DNA of 64,000 nucleotides, taken from positions 89 to 64,088 of the forward strand of contig CAMZKV010000018.1 of assembly GCA_947311445.1 (NCBI GenBank), written 5' to 3'. A program made the position numbers and the translations under genes. Position 1 is the stretch's first letter. Each line of letters starts with the position of its first letter. Below are positions 18,264 to 28,586 of this stretch, in pieces. The notes under the pieces are model-generated. The model made no database searches and had not been told where the DNA came from. It was given only the letters and a program-made list of their open reading frames with translations. The stretch comes from an uncultured Chlorobiota bacterium (GTDB lineage Bacteria; Bacteroidota; Bacteroidia; Bacteroidales; JAADGE01).

Positions 18264-19361
18264 ATGGCCTTAAAATGCGGTATAGTAGGACTAACAAATA
18301 TAGGAAAAACAACCATATTCAATTGCTTTTCAGAAACAAAAGCAGAAGTAACAAGTTTTAGTTTTAGCACAGACAAATCAAACCTTGGAACTGTAAAAGT
18401 TCCGGATAATCGTTTACATGAATTATTAAGAGTACAAGAATCTGAAAAAATAATTCCCACAGTTGTTGATATAATTGATATTCCGGGAATTGCGAAAGGA
18501 GCAAGCGAAGGAGAAGGAACAGGAAATAAATTTCTTGGAGATTTAAGAAACACAGATGCCTTAATACACGTATTAAGATGTTTTGATGATGAAAATCTTG
18601 TTCATATAGAAGGTGAAATTGACCCTGTAAGAGATTTAGAACTTATAAATTTTGAATTGCAAGTAAAAGATTTAGAATCGGTTGAAAAAAAAATTACAAG
18701 ACTAGAGAAAATTGCAAAATCAAATGATAAAGAAGCAATAAAAGGTTTAGAAGTATTAAAAATATATAAAGAGCATTTGGAAAATTTTAAACCTGCAAAA
18801 TCTGCCCCTGTTAAAGAAGACGATAAAATACACGTTAAGGATTTAAATTTGCTTACCATAAAACCTGTTATGTATGTTTGTAATGTAGATGAGTCATCCG
18901 CTGTTTCCGGAAACAAATATTCAGAAGCTGTTGCAGATGCTCTTAAAGACGAGAATGTTAAAGTACTCGTAATAGCTGCTGCACTAGAAGCTGATATTAC
19001 CGAATTGGAAGAGGCAGAAGAACGTCAAGAATTTCTAGAAGATGCGGGCTTATCAGAACCCGGGATGGACAAGCTCATACGTGCAGCATATGATTTGTTA
19101 AACTTACAAACATTTTTTACCGTTGGACCAAAAGAAATTCATGCTTGGACTCTAAAAAAAGGGATGTCTGCTCCCGAAGCAGCCGGAGTTATACACAGCG
19201 ATTTACAAAAAGGATTTATCAGAGCAGAAGTAATGCACTATGATGATTTTATTGAACTTGGAGGAGAAAAAAACTGTAAAGATAAAGGAAAGTTTTATGT
19301 GGAAGGAAAAAACTATATTGTTCAAGATGGAGATATTCTAAATATTAGATTTAATGTTTGA
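18264..19361 (+). CDS. ychF: Redox-regulated ATPase YchF
   Basis: MALKCGIVGLTNIGKTTIFN (P-loop), DIPGIAKGASEGEGTGNKFL, and the C-terminal TGS-like segment GFIRAEVMHYDDF ... YIVQDGDILNIRFNV. I used the ATG at 18264 rather than the upstream ORF-track start. Confidence 0.92.
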   Translation: MALKCGIVGLTNIGKTTIFNCFSETKAEVTSFSFSTDKSNLGTVKVPDNRLHELLRVQESEKIIPTVVDIIDIPGIAKGASEGEGTGNKFLGDLRNTDALIHVLRCFDDENLVHIEGEIDPVRDLELINFELQVKDLESVEKKITRLEKIAKSNDKEAIKGLEVLKIYKEHLENFKPAKSAPVKEDDKIHVKDLNLLTIKPVMYVCNVDESSAVSGNKYSEAVADALKDENVKVLVIAAALEADITELEEAEERQEFLEDAGLSEPGMDKLIRAAYDLLNLQTFFTVGPKEIHAWTLKKGMSAPEAAGVIHSDLQKGFIRAEVMHYDDFIELGGEKNCKDKGKFYVEGKNYIVQDGDILNIRFNV

Positions 19362-19412
19362 TTTTTAATTTGGTTTGTTTTTTGTATCTTTATATTTTCT
19401 AAAACTTAAAAT

Positions 19413-20357
19413 ATGAAAATTATAAAACATTTTAAACTGATAGGCTTATTAATTCCGATTTTTGCACTATTTCTTTCTGTTTTCTTAACAAATTGTAAAG
19501 GGAAAGCTGTAATTCATGAAATTAAAGATAGTATAATAAATTGCTCTGCTCCTTATGTTGTCCATTTTTCTGCTGATGCAGAACACAGGTCAAGAAAACT
19601 TGAATACACTTGGGATTTTGGAGATGGAACAACTTCACATGAAAGAACTCCTGTTCATGTGTACAACGAAAGTAATGTATATCAAGTAAGCCTTTCAATA
19701 AAACAAAACAAAGCATTTGACTCTCAAACTAAATCAATAAATTTAACTCCTGATGCAACAAAACCATATTCAGATTGGGATTTTGCTATTGCAGCCGGTG
19801 AATTATGGGCTCCTGCAAGAGTAGAATTTCAAAATTATTCAAAATTCTCAACAAAATTTATTTGGGACTTTGGTGATGGAAATATAAGTTCGGCACAAGA
19901 CCCTATTCATATTTTTGAAGACGAAGGAACTTATAGAACTGTGTTAAGTGCTATTTGTGAGGAAGATACTTCAAAATATTCTGTAGATTTGATAATAAAA
20001 GATTCTCCTAGTAATATTTTAATAAACGAAGTTTCTGTAACATTACCTGAAAATATTTTGGGGCATGATATAGAACTAGAAATATGGTATAACAACAATC
20101 AAGATTATCGTTATAGGGTACGAGAAGTTTCCTCTTTTCCTGTTGTGTTTAATGTAAAGAAAAAACTATTTAGGTTTAATGGAGATTTTAATAGAGAAAG
20201 ATTAGAATTTATTGTATTTGTCGATAATGATGATGTTCCCTACGTTAATTTTTATAAAGAATCAAGAGATTTTCAACTAGATTATTATCCTTCTTTAATT
20301 ACTTTTGATGACGGGTACGGTAGAGATATTAAAGCACAAATTGGTTATCAGGATTAG
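19413..20357 (+). CDS. Lipoprotein with two PKD-like domains
   Basis: Signal/lipobox LSVFLTNCKG. The PKD hallmark occurs twice: WDFGDGTTSHERTPVHVY and WDFGDGNISSAQDPIHIF. Confidence 0.75.
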   Translation: MKIIKHFKLIGLLIPIFALFLSVFLTNCKGKAVIHEIKDSIINCSAPYVVHFSADAEHRSRKLEYTWDFGDGTTSHERTPVHVYNESNVYQVSLSIKQNKAFDSQTKSINLTPDATKPYSDWDFAIAAGELWAPARVEFQNYSKFSTKFIWDFGDGNISSAQDPIHIFEDEGTYRTVLSAICEEDTSKYSVDLIIKDSPSNILINEVSVTLPENILGHDIELEIWYNNNQDYRYRVREVSSFPVVFNVKKKLFRFNGDFNRERLEFIVFVDNDDVPYVNFYKESRDFQLDYYPSLITFDDGYGRDIKAQIGYQD

Positions 20358-20497
20358 CTATTTTACTTTTTTAATGTCCTAAAAAGATATAAAAAACAAC
20401 TTTAGTCTTTTTTTTTTTATTGAGTTTCAATATTTTATTTAAACATAATTTTTCTTTGCCGGTAAATTGAATAATTAGACGGATTATAATGATATTT

Positions 20498-21259
20498 TTA
20501 TTCTAACCATGTCTTAAAAGCACTAACTTTTTCGCGGCTAACAATAATTTCATGAGCTTTAAAATCTTTAATGTTTATTTTCAATCGGCTGTTTGAGTAT
20601 GCTATAATATCTTTTATTGCATTTATATTTACTATAAATTTTCGGTTTACTCGAAAAAATATTTTTGGGTTCACAAGGTTTTCAAGTTTTTCCAATGAAT
20701 AATCTAAAAGATAGTTTCTTTGCTCGTTATTCAGCAAATATGTTGCTTTTTCAGAACTGTAAAAACATAAAATATCAATAGTTTCTATAAGTTTTATGTG
20801 CTCACCTATTTTTACGGCAAATCTTTTTTTATACTCTTTTGAAAGCATATTTATTACTTGCTTAATTTGAATGTTTTGTGCAAAATTATTATCTGTAACT
20901 TTATTTGTACGACTTTTAAATTTATCTATTGCATTTGCAAGTTCTTCAAAATCAAATGGTTTCAAAAGATAATCAATGCTGTTTACTTTAAATGCTTTTA
21001 TTGCATACTCATCAAAAGCAGTTGTAAAAATAATTGGACAATTTATTTTAACTTGTTCAAAAATTTCAAAACTTAAACCGTCGCCAAGTTGAATATCCAT
21101 AAAAATTAAATCAGGTTCAGGGTTTTCATTGAACCATTCAATAGCTTTTTTTACAGATTGGATTTTTGTTGAAATTATAATTCTTTCATCATATTTTTTT
21201 AATAAATCTGAAAGTCTTTTGGCTGCAAGATGTTCATCTTCTATTATTATTATGTTCAT
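20498..21259 (-). CDS. LytR/AlgR-family response regulator (REC + LytTR)
   Basis: MNIIIIEDEHLAAKRL ... DLIFMDIQLGDGLSFE, then the LytTR C-terminus (ILCFYSSEKATYL ... FFRVNRKFIVNINAI). It lies directly downstream of the kinase gene. Confidence 0.88.
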   Translation of the reverse strand: MNIIIIEDEHLAAKRLSDLLKKYDERIIISTKIQSVKKAIEWFNENPEPDLIFMDIQLGDGLSFEIFEQVKINCPIIFTTAFDEYAIKAFKVNSIDYLLKPFDFEELANAIDKFKSRTNKVTDNNFAQNIQIKQVINMLSKEYKKRFAVKIGEHIKLIETIDILCFYSSEKATYLLNNEQRNYLLDYSLEKLENLVNPKIFFRVNRKFIVNINAIKDIIAYSNSRLKINIKDFKAHEIIVSREKVSAFKTWLE

Positions 21260-21286
21260 TTTTTTGATGTTTAATTAAATTGGTTG

Positions 21287-22324
21287 TTAGCTTTTGTTAT
21301 AAGAGGCATCGCCAAAAGTCAATAAAGGCAGTTTCACAACAAAATTATTTTTATTTTTTTCAATAACAACTTCTTTATTTGTCAAATAACTATATCTTTT
21401 TTTTATGTTTTCTAATCCAATATTTAACGATTTCTCTCTAATATTTTTTATTTGCACGTTATTTTTAATAACAATGTAATCATTTGTATTTGAGATGTTT
21501 ATGTGCAGATGTTTATCTTCCGAAATAATATTATGTTTTATTGCATTTTCAATTAACATTTGTAAAGAAAGAGGAACAATTGTGAATTTTTTGTTTGAAA
21601 TATTAATGTTAGATTTTAAATTTTCGCCAAATCTAATTTTATGCAAATAAATATATGCTTCTGCAAATTTTAATTCTGTTGAAAGTTTAACAGTTTGTTT
21701 ATCCTTATTTTCAAGTAAATACCTGTAAACATCTGATAGTTTTTTTATGTATTTTACGGCATCATCATTGTCTCCGACAAGGCTTGTCAGCACATTTAAA
21801 CTATTAAACAAAAAATGCGGATTTACCTGATTTTTTAAAGATGCATATTCAAGTTCAAGAACATTTCGTTTTAACTTTTCTTCTCGAAGAATTGCTTTTT
21901 TCCACTCTCTAAAAAAACCTATGCTATATAAAAAAAATGTTATAACAGAAGTTATAATCATCATTATCATAACAAACTTAAAAGAAATTGTATATGTGCT
22001 GAATGTTGCTCCGTAGAAACTTACACTGAGTAGAAAGTTTACAAGCACTGTTATAATTGCAGAATAAATGAATGAAGTTAATATTCTAAAAATAAGACCT
22101 TTAAGTGGATTTTCATGCCAAGGCATCAATTTTGAGAGTAGTTTTGCAATGTATCCGTTTCCAAATGCAAGTGGTAGTCCATACGAAAGTGAAAATATAA
22201 TACTTAAAAGAAAATTATTTTTTATATTCTCAAAGTTTGAAAAGAATAAGAGCATAACAAAAAATCCTAATACCAGAATTAGTAATATTCTTTTACTGAA
22301 CTTTAAAATGTTTTTTTTGTTCAT
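21287..22324 (-). CDS. Sensor histidine kinase, LytS/YehU-like (PF06580 type)
   Basis: Multi-TM N-terminus, the H-region motif NQVNPHFLFNSLNVL, and the C-terminal ATPase-like segment LQMLIENAIKHN. Confidence 0.85.
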   Translation of the reverse strand: MNKKNILKFSKRILLILVLGFFVMLLFFSNFENIKNNFLLSIIFSLSYGLPLAFGNGYIAKLLSKLMPWHENPLKGLIFRILTSFIYSAIITVLVNFLLSVSFYGATFSTYTISFKFVMIMMIITSVITFFLYSIGFFREWKKAILREEKLKRNVLELEYASLKNQVNPHFLFNSLNVLTSLVGDNDDAVKYIKKLSDVYRYLLENKDKQTVKLSTELKFAEAYIYLHKIRFGENLKSNINISNKKFTIVPLSLQMLIENAIKHNIISEDKHLHINISNTNDYIVIKNNVQIKNIREKSLNIGLENIKKRYSYLTNKEVVIEKNKNNFVVKLPLLTFGDASYNKS

Positions 22325-22371
22325 TTTTTTGTTTTTTATAGATACGGCAGGTTTTTAAAACTTAGTGGGTT

Positions 22372-23535
22372 TTATATATTTTTAATAAAATTTCTAAAAT
22401 TGCAAATTGTAATATCTTCATTACTTAATTCTGTATCACCATCATAAACAACAATCTTTTTTACTTTGCTATTCAATTTATTTTCAAGCCAATCAAGTTT
22501 CTTTCTGAATGAATTGTGATAAGTTTTTGCCGATTTAATTTCTGTTAAAATATATTTATTTCCATTTTTAAAAAGCAGGTCAACTTCATTTTGATGATTA
22601 TCTCTATAAAAAAAAGCATTGTTTGCAAGCCCCTTATTAAAACGATATTTTAAATATTCTGAAATAAGCATATTTTCGAACAAAAAACCTTTTAAAGGGT
22701 GGTTTTCTATATGTGATTGTTTTTCAATTCCTAATAAATAAGAGGCAAGACCTACGTCATAAAAATATAATTTATGAGATTTTACAACACGTTTTTTTAA
22801 ATTTTTAAAATAAGGTGGCAGCAAATAAATAATGTACGAAGCTTCAAGTACAGAAATCCAAGATTTAATTGTTTTTGCAGAAACACCTGTTTCATTAGCC
22901 AATTGCTCAAAGTTTAAAAGTTGACCAACTCGTCCTGCACACAAACGTATAAAAGTTTGAAAAAGATGAATGTCTTTTATGTTTATTAGCTGTCTTACAT
23001 CTCTTTCTATATATGTTTGGTAATAATTATCGTGAGTTTTTACGGCACTTCTGTTCTCTGAATAAATTACAGGATAAAAACCTTTATAAAGTAAATCGTC
23101 TGTTGCATAACTTTTTTTAAACAAATTTATTTCATTTAATGAAAATGGCATAAGCCTTAATAGTGCAACTCGTCCTGCTAAGGATTGGCTAATATTCTCC
23201 ATCATTAAAAAGTTACTACTTCCTGTGAGAATAAACATTCCGTTTTGCTGTCTTTCATCAACAATTTCTTGCAGATAAGATGCTAATTCCGGCACCCTTT
23301 GAAATTCATCTATAATTGCTCCGCTTTCTTTTATTTTGCTTAAAAATAAACGAGGGTCATCTTTTGCAATACGCCTTATATCAGGGCTTTCTAAATTATA
23401 ATATGCTTTGTTTAATACTGTTTTTGATAAAGTTGTTTTTCCCGTTTGTCTTGCTCCTGTGATAACAACTATCGGATAGCTTTTTAATGCTTCTTCAAAT
23501 TCTTTTTGAATATCTCGTGTTATTATTTTTTTCAT
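22372..23535 (-). CDS. AAA-family ATPase with C-terminal DUF4143-like domain
   Basis: Walker A VITGARQTGKTTL. Length and layout match the widespread ATPase + DUF4143 family (COG1373-like). Confidence 0.75.
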   Translation of the reverse strand: MKKIITRDIQKEFEEALKSYPIVVITGARQTGKTTLSKTVLNKAYYNLESPDIRRIAKDDPRLFLSKIKESGAIIDEFQRVPELASYLQEIVDERQQNGMFILTGSSNFLMMENISQSLAGRVALLRLMPFSLNEINLFKKSYATDDLLYKGFYPVIYSENRSAVKTHDNYYQTYIERDVRQLINIKDIHLFQTFIRLCAGRVGQLLNFEQLANETGVSAKTIKSWISVLEASYIIYLLPPYFKNLKKRVVKSHKLYFYDVGLASYLLGIEKQSHIENHPLKGFLFENMLISEYLKYRFNKGLANNAFFYRDNHQNEVDLLFKNGNKYILTEIKSAKTYHNSFRKKLDWLENKLNSKVKKIVVYDGDTELSNEDITICNFRNFIKNI

Positions 23536-23646
23536 TGCTTGTGTAAATATGGATTTTAATTCCTGTTTTTGTACAAATATATTAATATTTTTTTATTTTT
23601 AAAACTTTTTTTACAAACCTAGCGGTCTAGGTCTTATATATATAAC

Positions 23647-24291
23647 TTACTTTTCACTACAAAATTCAAATTTTTTCTCATTGCTTGTTTTCCCCCAATT
23701 GGGCATAAGTTTGTTTTCAGGAGTAAATTTATCATATTTTTCTTTCCCTTTTTTAAAATAGGGTAAAGCTTTTTCTTTTCCTCCTCCAAACATTTTTGGC
23801 ATATTTAAAGCATTCATTCCTTCAAGATAATAAATTCTTGGGTTTTCCTCATCAATATTTTTTGCATTTCCCAATGAATTGTTTGAAAGTGAAGAGTATT
23901 TATAACCTCTTGCCATTGGAGAAACACTTATTCTTGCTTGGTATAACATTCCTTGCAGCACAAGTAACTCATCTTCTTTCTCATTCAGTTTTAATGCTTT
24001 ATCAAGTGTTTTTTGTGCTTTGTCTAATATTGCATCTTTTTTATCGTCATCCTGTTCCAAATAATTCATTAATATTCGTGAAAATGTTGCATAATATAAA
24101 GGTAGCCACTCATCTTTTTCATTATTTGCTATAAGCTCAAATTTGTTTGTAATATTTTGATACTCTGATGTTTTCTTTGCACGATACAATTTTTCTATAC
24201 TCTCTTTCATCGTTTTTTCATAGATTGATTTTTGTGCAAATCCGCTTGTTAATACAAGGCTTAAAACTAATACTAATGTTAAATTTTTCAT
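23647..24291 (-). CDS. Secreted helical hypothetical protein (214 aa)
   Basis: Signal peptide MKNLTLVLVLSLVLTSGFAQ, then helical/TPR-like composition. It is downstream of the TonB-dependent receptor. I did not recognise a family. Confidence 0.5.
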   Translation of the reverse strand: MKNLTLVLVLSLVLTSGFAQKSIYEKTMKESIEKLYRAKKTSEYQNITNKFELIANNEKDEWLPLYYATFSRILMNYLEQDDDKKDAILDKAQKTLDKALKLNEKEDELLVLQGMLYQARISVSPMARGYKYSSLSNNSLGNAKNIDEENPRIYYLEGMNALNMPKMFGGGKEKALPYFKKGKEKYDKFTPENKLMPNWGKTSNEKKFEFCSEK

Positions 24292-24387
24292 TTTCTTTTA
24301 TTTTTAAATTGTTTGTAAAATATTTGATTTTATTTTGGTATTTACTTTTTGACATCGTGGCACAATAAAACCCGCAGGGTCTTAAAA

Positions 24388-26526
24388 TTAGAATTTTATA
24401 ATTATTGCAAGTACAACAAATCTTTTTGCTGCCGGTTTTATTGGGTGTGCTTCGTATTCCACATTTTCGTTTGTTTGGCTGTCGTATCTGTATCCGTAAA
24501 TTTTATCAAATCCAAGAATATTACTTACTGAAAGATGTATAATTGTGGAAGATTCAAAAAATTCTGTTAAATAACTTGCATTAAAACTTAAATCATGGCT
24601 TCCTTTTGTTTTGTCAGAAAGAAAATTTGTATTGTTTGGGTTGTAATAAGGTCTTCCGCTTGCATAAGAATAAGTTAAACCAAGGTATGTTTGAATTTTT
24701 TCAATCCATTGGTTATATACAAAAGTTGCATTATGTTTTGAGCTGAAAGTTGGATTTGCAAGTTTTTTATAGTTTAAATAATCTCTTTGGGTATCAAGAT
24801 ATGAGAATGAAATTCTGTAAAATGATTTTTTGAAAGTTTTTTTATCTTGCCAAAAAACATCAAATCCTTTTGCATATCCGTAACCTAAATTATTGTAAGA
24901 ATTTTTAAGAGGAGAGTTTAAAATTTCATATTTTACAAGATTATTGTAGTTTTTTAAGTAGCCTTCTAATCTTAAAATTCTATTTTGAGCAGAATATTGC
25001 CAATTAATAATATAATGACTTGCGGTTTCCGATTTTAAATCATTATTAAATTTTATGAAATCGTTTTGTGCTTTTTGGTAAAATATTCCATAAGCCAAAG
25101 AAAACTGGCTAAATGTGCTTGTTTTTATAGCCAATGATAATCTTGGAGATATATTTGTTTCTTTTGAAATTGTTGAATTCTCAAATCTTCCTCCGACACG
25201 TGCAGCAAATTTGCTTGTAAATTTTATTTCAGCTTCGGCAAAAGATGAGTATAAAGTATTTTCGAAATTTGAATTAAAAGTTTTGTTAATTCCTTCATTA
25301 AAATAATTTTGATTATAATTGAAATTGTAAATTCCGGATCCGAATTTTATTACAAACTTTTCACTATAAAAATATTTGAAGTTTAAAACTGATTGAACTG
25401 CATTTTCTTTTGTAGAAACATTATCTTGGTTCAAATCAATATCATCAAGATTAAAATTATAGGCAATTCCAAATTTCATTTTCATTTTTTTTGAAAGCAT
25501 ATCCGTATAAACTGTATTCCCATAGACATTTTTGTTCTTTAAATTAATCAATTGCTCGTTGCCAACTTCATAATTTGAATATGTAAGCCTACTTTCAGAG
25601 ATGCTTCCTGAAATAAATGTTTTTATCAATCCAAGTTTTCCTACTTTTTGCCTATAAATAATATCTGCTCCGTAACTTTCTGGCGATTTCTTCCAATCAA
25701 CATCTTGTTTTACCAAACCAAAATACGGTGCAAGGTTTTGATAATCAGCGGTTAGTGTGAGCGATTTGTTTTCCCCTATAATTGTTTGCGAAGCACTTGC
25801 CCCAACTGAAAGTAAAGTTATTTCAGTTTTGTTTTTTTCTGCAATCCCCTTTGTATCAAGAATTAAAACTGATGATAATGCTTGCCCAAATTCGGCAGAA
25901 TATCCACCTGTGCTAAAAACTGTTCCTCCAAAAAGGAAAGGAGAAAACCTGCTTCGGGAAGGTAAATTTGGCATAGTTGTAGAATATGGTTTTTGTATAA
26001 GCATACCGTCCATATATGTTTTTGCTTCGTAACCATCGCCCCCTCTTACAAAAAGTCCGCCTTCTTCACCAACTTTTTGGGTTCCGGGCATTGTGTTGTA
26101 TGCTCCGTATAAATCTGCTTCGCCACTTGCCGTGCTAACAATATCCAAAGAAGTCATTGTTGCAGATTTTTTAACATCACTTGCTTCAAAACTTCCTGCC
26201 AAAATAACAACTGCATTTATATTATTTACGCTTTCTGTAAGTCTTATTTTAATGTTTTTATAATCAGATAAATTACCAAGTTGTTTTTCGTATGTATTGT
26301 ATCCAATATAATTTGCAACAATTGTATCTGCATTTGATTTTTCAAATTCAAAACTAAAATTTCCTAGTGTATCAGTTGAACATCCATAATAAGAATTTTT
26401 AATAAAAATATTTGCACCAATAATTGGATTTCCTTTTTTGTCAGAAATTTTTCCTGTTAAAGTTTGTTGTGCATTTAAGTTTAAGAAACTTATACTTGTA
26501 AAAATTATAATTATTAGACTTTTCAT
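24388..26526 (-). CDS. TonB-dependent receptor with CarboxypepD_reg-like N-terminal domain
   Basis: Signal peptide, then LTGKISDKKGNPIIGANIFIKNSYYG (carboxypeptidase-regulatory-like fold), a plug-like region, a long beta-rich Y/N/S-rich barrel and a C-terminal aromatic residue (F). Confidence 0.8.
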   Translation of the reverse strand: MKSLIIIIFTSISFLNLNAQQTLTGKISDKKGNPIIGANIFIKNSYYGCSTDTLGNFSFEFEKSNADTIVANYIGYNTYEKQLGNLSDYKNIKIRLTESVNNINAVVILAGSFEASDVKKSATMTSLDIVSTASGEADLYGAYNTMPGTQKVGEEGGLFVRGGDGYEAKTYMDGMLIQKPYSTTMPNLPSRSRFSPFLFGGTVFSTGGYSAEFGQALSSVLILDTKGIAEKNKTEITLLSVGASASQTIIGENKSLTLTADYQNLAPYFGLVKQDVDWKKSPESYGADIIYRQKVGKLGLIKTFISGSISESRLTYSNYEVGNEQLINLKNKNVYGNTVYTDMLSKKMKMKFGIAYNFNLDDIDLNQDNVSTKENAVQSVLNFKYFYSEKFVIKFGSGIYNFNYNQNYFNEGINKTFNSNFENTLYSSFAEAEIKFTSKFAARVGGRFENSTISKETNISPRLSLAIKTSTFSQFSLAYGIFYQKAQNDFIKFNNDLKSETASHYIINWQYSAQNRILRLEGYLKNYNNLVKYEILNSPLKNSYNNLGYGYAKGFDVFWQDKKTFKKSFYRISFSYLDTQRDYLNYKKLANPTFSSKHNATFVYNQWIEKIQTYLGLTYSYASGRPYYNPNNTNFLSDKTKGSHDLSFNASYLTEFFESSTIIHLSVSNILGFDKIYGYRYDSQTNENVEYEAHPIKPAAKRFVVLAIIIKF

Positions 26527-26828
26527 ATTTGGTTTGTTTTAAATTTGATACAAATAACAGCCAAAATGAAATATTTCTAAAATTATACTTTCTGGATTGA
26601 GGAATTTATAGGATGAGTTGTTGAATGTTTCGGTTGAAGTTTTTTTAAAGTTAATTTTTTAACCGCTTTATGTATTCGGATTTCTTCTTGGGTGTTCAAA
26701 CTACAAAAATATGAAATTTTACTATTTTCAGTGTGGTATTTCTATACTGAAAGAGGAAAACTTATTGAAGCAGAATGTTTTGCAGTTGTCTTTGTACGTA
26801 ATAGAAAGTTATAATAAATAAGTGGATT

Positions 26829-27833
26829 TTAATTTATTTTATCAGTTAAATCCTCTATTTCGGATGCAGGAGAACCGTTCTTGTATAGAATGTTGTAAAC
26901 AGCATTGACAATAGGCAAGTCAATATGTTTTTCTTTGTTAATCTCACAAATTCCTTTAACAGAATAATATCCTTCCGGAACCATTTTCATTTCCAATAAA
27001 GCGTTTTTTACAGAGTAACCCTTACCTATCATTGTGCCAAAAACTCTGTTTCTACTGAATTTTGAATATGCTGTAACCAGTAAATCTCCAAGATATGCTG
27101 AATTTTTAATGTCTCTTGTTATTGGATGAACAGTATCAACAAAGCGTTTAATTTCTCGTATTGAATTTGAAACCAAAACAGCCTGAAAATTATCTCCGTA
27201 TCCAAGTCCGTTACAAATTCCTGATGCTATTGCAAAAATGTTTTTTAAAACAGCAGAATATTCTGTCCCGTAAATATCATCAGAAATCTTAATTTTTGTA
27301 AAATGTGTTCTTAATCTGTCTCCCATAAAATTTGCCAACTTGCTGTTTTCAGAAGCAATTGTAAGGTATGATAACCTTTCTAAGGCAACTTCTTCTGCAT
27401 GGCAAGGACCTGTTATAACACCAATGTTTTGAATTGGTATTTTATATTTTTCATTAAAATATTCTGCAATTATCTGATTTTCTTCTGGAATTAACCCTTT
27501 TACTGCTGAAAAAATATATTTTCCGGAAAAAGAGAAATTGTTTTTAGATAGTGCGTTTTTGATAAATGCTGATGGTATTGCAACTATTAATAAATCAGAT
27601 TTTTCAATAGTAAAATTAATGTCATTTGTCAAGGAAAGTTTTTCAGTCCTAAGATTTGCAGAGCTTATATAAAACTTATTTCTATGGTGTTTCTTTATGT
27701 AATCAATATTTGTTTTATCTCTTATAAACCAATTTATTTTTTCTATTAATTCGGATTCTGAAAGTATTTTTATTAATGCTGTTGCCCAGCTTCCTCCCCC
27801 AAGAACTCCTATTGTTTTTATATTATTATTCAT
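26829..27833 (-). CDS. gpsA: NAD(P)H-dependent glycerol-3-phosphate dehydrogenase
   Basis: Rossmann motif IGVLGGGSWATAL, then KGL..E and GPCHAEEVA, then YGTEYSAVLKNIFAIASG. This is the typical GpsA pattern. Confidence 0.9.
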   Translation of the reverse strand: MNNNIKTIGVLGGGSWATALIKILSESELIEKINWFIRDKTNIDYIKKHHRNKFYISSANLRTEKLSLTNDINFTIEKSDLLIVAIPSAFIKNALSKNNFSFSGKYIFSAVKGLIPEENQIIAEYFNEKYKIPIQNIGVITGPCHAEEVALERLSYLTIASENSKLANFMGDRLRTHFTKIKISDDIYGTEYSAVLKNIFAIASGICNGLGYGDNFQAVLVSNSIREIKRFVDTVHPITRDIKNSAYLGDLLVTAYSKFSRNRVFGTMIGKGYSVKNALLEMKMVPEGYYSVKGICEINKEKHIDLPIVNAVYNILYKNGSPASEIEDLTDKIN

Positions 27834-27996
27834 GTGTGTAGCTTTGTAATTACCTGACGCTTAGTGTGTTGTGCGAATGTATATGCTTAAAATAATTATT
27901 TTGCTTTTCAAATATCCACATTTATTAGCCAAGTGTTTTTGTTTTAACCTCCTTTTATGTATTAAAACTTTTTAGAAGTATATTAGACTTGTTTTT

Positions 27997-28575
27997 TCAA
28001 GGTTTTTCATTTTTCCATTCAAATGTTTCAATCATTTTATCAATATCTTTTCTTAAAAAAGCTAAAGAAGGAGCAAGAGAATCTTTATTTGGAATGCGGT
28101 TAAAATAAAAAGCTCCACGTAGAAAGTGTTTTGTACTGTCGGTTAAATAAAATTGTAGTTGAGATGCTACATTACCTTTTATTTCATATAATGTTCCATA
28201 TACTTTTTTTTCTTTGTTATTCCAGTTTACAGGGGTAATTTCATCTGCTTTAATAGTATGTTTATATACTAATTTACGAGTATCTTCTTCTAGCTCATTT
28301 AAATTATTTTCAATGTTTTTGTAACTTAAATATACTGTTGCATTAAAAGTTTTAAAATTCCAGTTGGACCATAGTTTTTCTGCACCTCTGCTAGTGTCTT
28401 TTTCTATTTTAGAATATTGAGGAATATCAAAAGTATAAGGATAAGCAGAGTTGAACTTTTTATATTCTTTCTTAGGAAAGTCTATTCTAATATATCCGTG
28501 CGAACGAGGGTAATATGTTTCATCGCATGAGAATAGTATTATAAATAATGTGAAAACAAAAATTATCTTTTTCAT
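27997..28575 (-). CDS. gldD: Gliding-motility lipoprotein GldD-like
   Basis: Lipobox FIILFSCDE. It has the segments PRSHGYIRIDFPKKEY, YKHTIKADEI, GNVASQLQFYLTDSTKHFLRGAFYF and MIETFEWK, which match my recollection of Flavobacterium GldD. Not verified by search. Confidence 0.65.
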   Translation of the reverse strand: MKKIIFVFTLFIILFSCDETYYPRSHGYIRIDFPKKEYKKFNSAYPYTFDIPQYSKIEKDTSRGAEKLWSNWNFKTFNATVYLSYKNIENNLNELEEDTRKLVYKHTIKADEITPVNWNNKEKKVYGTLYEIKGNVASQLQFYLTDSTKHFLRGAFYFNRIPNKDSLAPSLAFLRKDIDKMIETFEWKNEKP

Positions 28576-28586
28576 TTAAGTTTTTT

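Noticed and set aside
18224-18553. 109-aa minus-strand ORF overlapping the start of ychF, and the extended ychF start at 18234
   Set aside because: YchF begins with the highly conserved MALKCGIVGLTN at the ATG 18264. The antisense ORF and the 10-codon upstream extension have no support.
26527-26828. 302-bp leader upstream of the TonB-dependent receptor gene examined for a riboswitch (cobalamin or TPP)
   Set aside because: I could not find a B12-box-like or CUGAGA/ACCUGA TPP-like core on the minus strand. There is only one weak hairpin (TTTCAGT ... ACTGAAA near 26732-26760), which more likely ends the gpsA transcript.
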